DNA of 12,668 bases from Promethearchaeota archaeon (GTDB lineage Archaea; Asgardarchaeota; Lokiarchaeia; Sigyniarchaeales; SOKP01), in assembly GCA_011364975.1 (NCBI GenBank), contig RDOE01000090.1:1-12668 (forward strand). The letters run 5' to 3'. Below the pieces are notes generated by a model, which saw nothing but the letters and a program-made list of their open reading frames with translations, was not told the DNA's origin and did not search any database. Shown piece by piece: positions 1 to 7,029 of this stretch (position 1 is the stretch's first letter; each line of letters starts with the position of its first letter). Position numbers and translations under genes: made by a program.

Positions 1-3000
1 CAATTGCTACGTTGTCAACAGCAGAAAGTTTATTACAAACATCAGGATCAGTTTGGTTAAATCTTACTTATTTACATGAAAGATTAAACGTGAGTGATAC
101 ATATAATAAAACTTTCTTTATAGCTGTTCAAAGAATAAACGATTTTGGTGAGTGGGAATTTGAAAATCAAGCAGATGGCGATGATACAATTGTTTGGGAT
201 TCTATAACGGGTAATACTCCAGTTAGTAGAGATCAGTTATTAAAAGTTGATCTTTCACCGTTAGATGAAACTCCAAGACCATCAGATGTAAATCTTTTGG
301 TCAACGGTACAACGGTGAATGATATTGATTCTAATAATCAAGGATATTACTATTCTAATCAAGAATTTAGTGGTTATGGCGATAATATCGATTTTGAAGT
401 AAATGCGGATTGGTGGGAAGTATCGTGTGATGTTACAAATGTTCAATTAAACTTTACTAAATCTGATATTTTAGCTTATTCCGAATTTACAATCCCTACA
501 AGTGGACAGGATGTTCGATGGAATGTGACAAATATTGGAGGATTAAACTATTTTGATTCAAGAATAACAGATTTTAATACCATTAATTATACCATTCCTC
601 GAATTTGGAATGATGGTTCAATCAGAGTATTTAATGGAGCAACAGAAAAAACATCCAATATTAATAAAAGACTAATCGATAATAAATATCGGGAAATTCA
701 AGTTCTTAATGCAGGAAACGGCACCTTTTGGTATTTAAATGCTACTTCATCAAATCTACTCACATCTATAGACACTTTTGTTGGAGGTATCCCTCTAAAT
801 CAAGTAAATTTTTCAAATACGGTGAAATTTAATAGCACCTTTAGTGAGATCATATATGATGGTACATTAAATTTAAGCGTGTTTTCACCAATTCCGAGAT
901 ATTTGAATCATACTCAAATTGTAGATATCTCCTTAATTAGCTCAAACGATGAGTTTGACGTTTCAGACTGGAATATCTATGAAGATGTTAAAAACTATGG
1001 TATTTTCAAGATCCAAATGTCTTGGAATAATGATACAGCAGCCGGATTTCTAGAAGATTATATCACGATAATAGCAGATACTGAATTAATTTTAAGTTTG
1101 CCAAAAAATACTTTTAATTCCAGCGAAACTTTTGATTTATCAGTCTTCTTTAATGACACTGGTCAAGATTTAGGCATTGATGCAGATACCATTATATATC
1201 AGATTGGTACAGGTAGTGTAAGAACCGATAATATAACTCCACTTGGGAATGGATATTACAATATTACCATCGATTGTAATGATACAGATTTTGCGGGATA
1301 TGGAATAAAATCAATAGAAGTTAATACGAGTAAGTATTTTTATAATAATCAAACTGAGAGTATTAGTTTTTCTATTATAGGGAATACCGAATTGATAATT
1401 TTATATCCTCTTCCATTGTCATCATTTGATTCTGGAGATACCTTTAATATCACATTATTTTATAATGATACCGTGAAAAACGTTGGAATTGATGGAGCTA
1501 TCATTGAATATCAACTTAATAGTAGTTTATCATTCAAATCAGCTAGTTATGATAATTATGCTCCCGGTTATTATAATATTACATTAATTGCTGCTGATTC
1601 AGACTTTAACGGTTATGGTATTGAAGATTTAATCTTCAATGCGAGCAAACAATATTATCATAACCAAAGTGAATCACTTAGCATTAGAATTTTAGGTGAA
1701 ACGAGTCTTACAGCACTCAAAGTTCCAAGTAGAATAACCTATAATGCATCTGAAACTGTGATAATACGATTATATTTTAATGATACGGTAAAAAATATCC
1801 CCGTTGATGGAGCAACTGTATCTTATGAAATTGGATCGGCGGGATTACGCACTGATAATATAGATCCATTCAGTTTGGGACCGGGATATTATGATATTTC
1901 TATCGATTGTAATGATACTGATTTTAACTTCTATGGTGTGAAATCAATTAGTATCTTCATTAATCTTGGTAATTATCATAATAAAAGTCAAGTAATAGTT
2001 ATACAAATCTTTGGTGAAACGTCTTTATCGCTCGAAAAGGTTCCAGATCAAGCATATTATGATTCTAGTGAATCTATGGTTTTGAGTCTTTATTTCAATG
2101 ATACAGTAAAGAATCTTGGAATAATTGGAGGAACTCTCACCTATCGAATTGAATCTGGACCAATTCGATCTGATAATCTTGTCGATTTATTGAATGGTTT
2201 CTATGAAATTACAATAGATTGTAATGATACTGATTTTAATGGATATGGATCAAAATATATAACAGTATTCCTGGACAAAACATTTTACCATAATCAAACT
2301 ACTCAAACATATTTAATAGTCGTTGGATATACAGTACTTAGGATTTTAAGTCCCAACAATTTGACTGCATATTATAGTGGTCAAACTTATAACATCACCA
2401 TTGAATATTTTGATACAATAAAGAATGCAGGAATTACAGGTGCTACCATTTCATACTTATTACCCTTAAGTGGTAGTCCAAGGTTTGATAACATTATAGA
2501 GATTGGAAATGGAATTTATCGAATTGAAGTTAGTGTAAACGATGGTGATTTTGATACATTTGGATATGTAGAGATTGATATTTATGCTAATCAAGACTTT
2601 TACCTCAATCGTTCCAATACCTTTACGTTCCATCGTCAAATCACGACTACAATATCGCCTTCAAATTTTCCAGATCTAGGCAGTGTATTGCGCGGATTAA
2701 ATATTAGCTACATGTTTAATTATTCTGATACTGATGATTCAGCAATTCTAAATGCAAATTGGTCCTTAATTGGTTTGAGTTATGGATTTTTATTTTACTT
2801 ACAAGAAAATGGCAATGGTAATTACACCTTTCATTTTAATACAACTTTCGCGGATGTATCACTCTCACCATTTACACTATTTTTCAATATATCGGCCTAT
2901 GGCAAACAAACACAGATACTTCAGATTAATATTGATGTGTTGATAATTTACACAGATATTGTAAATCCTGATTGGGACGATATCATTGCAAGGAATGCAA

Positions 3001-5366
3001 AAATAAATCAAACATTTACATTTTATTTCAATAATACTGTCACAAATGAACCCGTGAAAGATCTAATCTCATCTGATATAATTGTTAGAAATGAAGGAAC
3101 CAGCTCTGTTTGGAATACGGGAGATTTTAACTGGGAACTAATTAACCCTCTTAATGATGGAAATTACATATTACGTATTAGTCTTAAAGGACTAGATTCG
3201 GGGAGATATTATCTTTCTGTAAACGTATCAAAATTTCCCAATTACAATTATAGCATTTTCTTTTTTAGCTTTTACCTACGAGGTAACTTCACCGAGATTA
3301 ATATTGATTACTTTTCGGATGTTGGAGGCCAAGGTGTTCTTCAACCAACTGGACAAAACTATAGCATATACATTGAGCGCAATCTCTACGTTAATTTCAC
3401 TATAATAGATTTGGAATTTGGAAATCGATTGATTACCGGGGCAGGCACATCAGTTTTAATTCAGTACTTTGAAATTGGGAATTTATCTAACAATGGTACA
3501 CTTGGCCATACTATAGTTTATGATGCAAACACATATTCATATAAAGGTAACATATTAACATCCGCTTTTTCAATAACCTCTAATTATATCATCAATATTA
3601 CCATCTTTAGGATTAATTATGAGAATTCGACCCATTCAATCAATTTGACACTTAAAGCAAAACATACAACTAATATAACCGTATTAATACAACCCTCTGA
3701 AGTAACTGCGGGAGATTCTTTTGTAATTCATTTCCAAGTTGCTTATTTAAATGGCAGTATTTGGATACCTTTAACAGGGACACAAATTACTTTGACACCA
3801 TACTTCGATGGAATAGCATCTACTCCAATACTGGGATCTACGAATTCCACTGGAGGTATTTCAATTGAGATCACTATTCGAAGAGATGCTGAAAACATGA
3901 GTCTATTAGTCCAGCTAGCAAGCGGATATTATTACACCTCCTATGAATTCACTATCACAGATATCGAAGTGATTCCATTTAATCCTGGATTTAGATTTGA
4001 AGATATATTACCCTATATAATAATAATAGGTGCTGCGGTAGCTGTGGCAGGCGGTTCTGTGGGTGTTTATCGTGGAGTAGTGGTTCCCAAAAAAAGGGAA
4101 AAACAGCGAATTCTAAGTGAAGTAAAAACCATTTTTGATGATGCTATTAATTTAGAACATATTTTAGTTCTCTATAAAGCTACTGGAACCTGTATATTCT
4201 TTAAATCTTATGGCTCGGAACAGATTGACCCCGAATTAATTGGCGGATTTTTAACAGCTGTATCTTCCTTCGGAAAAGAAATGGTTGCTCAGGAAGCACT
4301 AAATGAGATTTCATATGGAGATAAAATGTTATTATTAGCCGATGGTGAATTCATTAGGGTAGCATTAGTTTTAGGAAAGAAAGCTTCATTAATCCTTCGA
4401 CAACATCTGAAAGAGTTTATTGATAAATTTGAAAAGGTATATAATGAAGTTCTGCCAAATTGGAGAGGACAATTGAATTATTTCAGGAATGCAGGAGAAA
4501 TAGTTGATGATATTTTCAATACTTCAATAATACTACCGCATCAAATAACATACGATTTTTCAAATGTGAAAGATTTAAAAAACCCGCATTCAAAAGATAT
4601 TCTTAAGATTGCCCATAGCTGTTGCGAAGAAACGGAACGGGAATTCTTCTTCATTGCTACTTTACTCAAGGATGCATCAGAAAAAACCAATAAGGACACT
4701 GCAGAAATCTTTATGGGTGTAAAGGAACTAAGGGATAAGAGAATATTAATTCCAATTGAAATCTCTGCGATTGAACCACAAGCAATATCTCAACAGGAAA
4801 TGAACTTGATAGGTCAAAAAGTATCAGGACTTTCAAATCTTACGGCAGAAGAGAAGCAAAAATTAGTAGCTGATTTAGCTCAGATGGGTCCAATGCAAAG
4901 GGAGGCTTATCTGTCAAGTCTAATGAGTCGTCAGGAAATTATTTCTGCACCAATTAAAATGAAAGTTGGGACAACAGAAATAGAAAGTCAGAAGTCTGCT
5001 AAAAATAAAATGAAAGAGTTACTTAAGAGAGCTAGAATTGCTAAAGGAAAGAAAAATTACACTACGTCAATTGAATATCTTCATGATGCTGCCATGATCG
5101 CTTCTAGTTGGGAATTATCGAATGATTTCTTAAAGATTGAAGAGTATACACGTATTATTAAAATTGAAGATTTAACAATTATTAAGAAAGAAGCTGAACA
5201 AACCGCTAAGTTAGCAGTGAAAAAGAAGAATTATGCAGAAGCCGCAGAAACATATAAAAAAGCTTCAAAAATAGCTTCAGAGATTTTTAAATTAGGCGCA
5301 ACTGAAATGACAAAAGAAGTTAAAAGATTAACAAATAAAGCTAATGAGTATGAAAAGCTTAAGTAA
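1..5366 (+). CDS. Giant single-pass cell-surface protein (5'-truncated): Ig-like/beta-sandwich repeat ectodomain, TM helix, cytoplasmic longin-like + winged-helix-like + TPR/MIT-like helical tail
   Basis: The frame is open from the window edge (att gct acg ttg...), so the TTG at 12 is probably not the true start, and no signal peptide is visible. The ectodomain is beta-strand-rich with more than 50 N-x-S/T sequons by hand count, against about 3 after the TM. Hydrophobic helix ILPYIIIIGAAVAVAGGSVGVY at ~4005-4070 is followed by basic KKREKQR (positive-inside rule). The K/E-rich cytoplasmic tail ends at TAA 5364-5366. Confidence 0.9.
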   Translation, partial: IATLSTAESLLQTSGSVWLNLTYLHERLNVSDTYNKTFFIAVQRINDFGEWEFENQADGDDTIVWDSITGNTPVSRDQLLKVDLSPLDETPRPSDVNLLVNGTTVNDIDSNNQGYYYSNQEFSGYGDNIDFEVNADWWEVSCDVTNVQLNFTKSDILAYSEFTIPTSGQDVRWNVTNIGGLNYFDSRITDFNTINYTIPRIWNDGSIRVFNGATEKTSNINKRLIDNKYREIQVLNAGNGTFWYLNATSSNLLTSIDTFVGGIPLNQVNFSNTVKFNSTFSEIIYDGTLNLSVFSPIPRYLNHTQIVDISLISSNDEFDVSDWNIYEDVKNYGIFKIQMSWNNDTAAGFLEDYITIIADTELILSLPKNTFNSSETFDLSVFFNDTGQDLGIDADTIIYQIGTGSVRTDNITPLGNGYYNITIDCNDTDFAGYGIKSIEVNTSKYFYNNQTESISFSIIGNTELIILYPLPLSSFDSGDTFNITLFYNDTVKNVGIDGAIIEYQLNSSLSFKSASYDNYAPGYYNITLIAADSDFNGYGIEDLIFNASKQYYHNQSESLSIRILGETSLTALKVPSRITYNASETVIIRLYFNDTVKNIPVDGATVSYEIGSAGLRTDNIDPFSLGPGYYDISIDCNDTDFNFYGVKSISIFINLGNYHNKSQVIVIQIFGETSLSLEKVPDQAYYDSSESMVLSLYFNDTVKNLGIIGGTLTYRIESGPIRSDNLVDLLNGFYEITIDCNDTDFNGYGSKYITVFLDKTFYHNQTTQTYLIVVGYTVLRILSPNNLTAYYSGQTYNITIEYFDTIKNAGITGATISYLLPLSGSPRFDNIIEIGNGIYRIEVSVNDGDFDTFGYVEIDIYANQDFYLNRSNTFTFHRQITTTISPSNFPDLGSVLRGLNISYMFNYSDTDDSAILNANWSLIGLSYGFLFYLQENGNGNYTFHFNTTFADVSLSPFTLFFNISAYGKQTQILQINIDVLIIYTDIVNPDWDDIIARNAKINQTFTFYFNNTVTNEPVKDLISSDIIVRNEGTSSVWNTGDFNWELINPLNDGNYILRISLKGLDSGRYYLSVNVSKFPNYNYSIFFFSFYLRGNFTEINIDYFSDVGGQGVLQPTGQNYSIYIERNLYVNFTIIDLEFGNRLITGAGTSVLIQYFEIGNLSNNGTLGHTIVYDANTYSYKGNILTSAFSITSNYIINITIFRINYENSTHSINLTLKAKHTTNITVLIQPSEVTAGDSFVIHFQVAYLNGSIWIPLTGTQITLTPYFDGIASTPILGSTNSTGGISIEITIRRDAENMSLLVQLASGYYYTSYEFTITDIEVIPFNPGFRFEDILPYIIIIGAAVAVAGGSVGVYRGVVVPKKREKQRILSEVKTIFDDAINLEHILVLYKATGTCIFFKSYGSEQIDPELIGGFLTAVSSFGKEMVAQEALNEISYGDKMLLLADGEFIRVALVLGKKASLILRQHLKEFIDKFEKVYNEVLPNWRGQLNYFRNAGEIVDDIFNTSIILPHQITYDFSNVKDLKNPHSKDILKIAHSCCEETEREFFFIATLLKDASEKTNKDTAEIFMGVKELRDKRILIPIEISAIEPQAISQQEMNLIGQKVSGLSNLTAEEKQKLVADLAQMGPMQREAYLSSLMSRQEIISAPIKMKVGTTEIESQKSAKNKMKELLKRARIAKGKKNYTTSIEYLHDAAMIASSWELSNDFLKIEEYTRIIKIEDLTIIKKEAEQTAKLAVKKKNYAEAAETYKKASKIASEIFKLGATEMTKEVKRLTNKANEYEKLK
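1074..2639 (+). repeat. Five tandem ~102-106 aa Ig-like repeats (period 306-318 nt), with about four more diverged units to ~3980
   Basis: Units start at 1074 (ADTEL), 1380 (GNTEL), 1695 (GETSL), 2013 (GETSL) and 2325 (GYTVL). Shared consensus: GxTxL...Y/FxSxET..L.F/YNDTVKNxGIxGA.I.Y....RxDN....GxGYYxIxIDCNDTDFxGYG......K.YYHNQS/T. A 23-nt identity GATTGTAATGATACTGATTTTAA occurs at 1905-1927 and 2217-2239. Confidence 0.9.
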
Positions 5367-5385
5367 ATTATTTATTTTTATCCTA

Positions 5386-5396
5386 TTTTTTTTTTT
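5386..5396 (+). terminator. Oligo-T archaeal-type terminator candidate for the giant surface protein gene
   Basis: T11 run about 20 nt after the stop codon, in a T-rich 58-nt gap between convergent genes. Confidence 0.55.
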
Positions 5397-5424
5397 GAGT
5401 ATTTAAAAAGAGAATTTTTAAATT

Positions 5425-6720
5425 TTAATCAGTTATACCATTTTCGGTTATACTAAATACTGCTTCACCTTCAGGTAAATGAGGTGCATCAACAATTTTG
5501 GCTACTCTTTGTTCACCCTTTCCTTTCCTTAGATAAATTCTAATAGTTGAACCATGAGCAATAATATTACCTCCTGCAGCTTGTAATGGATTTCCATAAA
5601 ACACATCTGGCTTCGATTGGACTTGATTAGTAACTACTACTGCCAATTCTGGATTAATTTCTGAGAGTCTTAATAAGTCATGAAGATGGGAATTAATAGT
5701 CTGTTGTCGATTTGCTAACGTACCTCTTCCAATATATTCACTCCTAAAATGACCAATTATTGAGTCAACAATAATCAATTTAATGTTTTTTTCTTTGATG
5801 ATATTAGCAGCTTCCTTAATAAGAAGTATTTGATGATCCGAATTGTAAGCTCTACCAAAGATAATATTCTTCAAAACTTGTTTATGATCTAAATCAAGCC
5901 CGTCTGCCATTTGGATAATCCTTTCAGGGCGAAAGGTACCTTCGGTGTCTATGTATAAAGCATTTCCTTCTAAACCTCCATGTTCTCTTGTTAATTGTAC
6001 GTTTACGCATAGTTGATGAGCTAATTGGGTTTTTCCAGTTCTGAATTCACCAAAAAATTCTGTTACACTTCCAGTCTCGATCCCACCACCTAGTAGATCG
6101 TCAAGCTCTTGACTTCCTGTTAAAATTTTAGCTATTGTTCTTCTATGTTCCCACACATCCTCTGCAGATTTAAATCCAATATTCAATTTATCCATCGATG
6201 ATTTAATTAGCTTAACAATAGTTTTTTCACCTAGTCCAGATTCTTCTTGAATAATACTTGGAGGTGTATATGCTATAGATTCTAAACTATTGAATCCAGA
6301 TTTAATTAGTTTCTTAAGGGTTGCCTCTCCAACGCCCGGTAACTTTTTAACAGCTTCAACGCAAGCATCTGCACCATTATCAAGATTCACATCATCATCA
6401 TCTATATCATCAGCAATTTCATCATTATCAGGATTTTCCTCATCTTCAAGATCATCCTCAGTATCTAAGAAATCGATATTTTCCTCTACCTCTATATCTT
6501 CAAAATTATCATCATAATCGGCAGCTTCCCCATTTTCCTCATCTAATTCATTATTAGAAACCATTTCATCAGGATTTTCTTCATCTTCAATAGCTGTTGC
6601 AAATTTTAGATGTTCTTTATAGATTTTTCCTTTTGTATGATTCCTTTTACATTCCTGACAAAAATAAGGCTTTCCCATCTCGATTTGGGCACCATTACTT
6701 ACTTCTGTAGCTTTAGCCAT
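5425..6720 (-). CDS. radA: DNA repair and recombination protein RadA (Rad51/Dmc1 family) with N-terminal extension
   Basis: HhH N-domain ([14 protein letters not shown]), polymerisation motif [18 protein letters not shown], Walker [31 protein letters not shown], Walker B LIIVDS, L1 loop [14 protein letters not shown]-terminal [19 protein letters not shown]. Confidence 0.98.
   Translation of the reverse strand: MAKATEVSNGAQIEMGKPYFCQECKRNHTKGKIYKEHLKFATAIEDEENPDEMVSNNELDEENGEAADYDDNFEDIEVEENIDFLDTEDDLEDEENPDNDEIADDIDDDDVNLDNGADACVEAVKKLPGVGEATLKKLIKSGFNSLESIAYTPPSIIQEESGLGEKTIVKLIKSSMDKLNIGFKSAEDVWEHRRTIAKILTGSQELDDLLGGGIETGSVTEFFGEFRTGKTQLAHQLCVNVQLTREHGGLEGNALYIDTEGTFRPERIIQMADGLDLDHKQVLKNIIFGRAYNSDHQILLIKEAANIIKEKNIKLIIVDSIIGHFRSEYIGRGTLANRQQTINSHLHDLLRLSEINPELAVVVTNQVQSKPDVFYGNPLQAAGGNIIAHGSTIRIYLRKGKGEQRVAKIVDAPHLPEGEAVFSITENGITD
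6427..6590 (-). repeat. Internal direct repeat in the RadA acidic tract (EDEENPD x2)
   Basis: ATCAGGATTTTC(C/T)TCATCTTCAA at 6427-6449 and 6568-6590, 22/23 identical, 141 nt (47 aa) apart. Confidence 0.8.
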
Positions 6721-6729
6721 AATTTCTCA

Positions 6730-6781
6730 CTATAAAGAGTTAAAATTTTAGTGTATTTTTTATACTTTTAACTATTTATAG
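6730..6781. promoter_or_regulatory. 16-bp inverted repeat immediately upstream of radA (operator or 5'-UTR hairpin)
   Basis: CTATAAAGAGTTAAAA (6730-6745) / TTTTAACTATTTATAG (6766-6781): 15/16 complementary, 20-nt spacer, ending 9 nt from the radA ATG. Confidence 0.55.
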
Positions 6782-6950
6782 ATTAAATATAATTGAAGGT
6801 ATTTTAAACAAAATAGAGTTCTAATTTATCAATTTTCAGAGATATTAAGCCCTTAATAAAGTTTTAATAATAGAGTTTTTAGCTGTTTTAATTCTATTAT
6901 TTTTTTCCTCAAACTAATAAAAATTAAATTAAATTACACTAATTAGTCTA

Positions 6951-6964
6951 ATTTTATATAAAAT
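6951..6964 (+). promoter_or_regulatory. Candidate TATA box (palindromic ATTTTATATAAAAT) upstream of the PGI-like gene
   Basis: TTTATATA archaeal TATA consensus about 65-75 nt upstream of ATG 7030, in the divergent radA/pgi intergenic region. The AT-rich background limits specificity. Confidence 0.35.
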
Positions 6965-7029
6965 AATTAAAACAAGGATTGCTTAATTTATTTCATTAAA
7001 ACTAGAAATCTTATCATAAGTGATTATTT

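Noticed and set aside
1269-2239. DCND motif as a cadherin DxNDN signature; periodic DNA repeats as a CRISPR-like array
   Set aside because: The motif lies mid-repeat rather than in the inter-domain linker and other cadherin motifs are missing. The DNA repeats are ~310 nt apart, in frame, and explained by the protein repeats.
5425-6360. Intein as the explanation for the long RadA
   Set aside because: The ATPase core is contiguous and of normal length. The extra length is entirely N-terminal and shows no intein splice motifs.
6290-6517. 75-aa Ser-rich + strand ORF
   Set aside because: Antisense shadow of the radA Asp/Glu codons (TCA/TCT from GAT/GAA).
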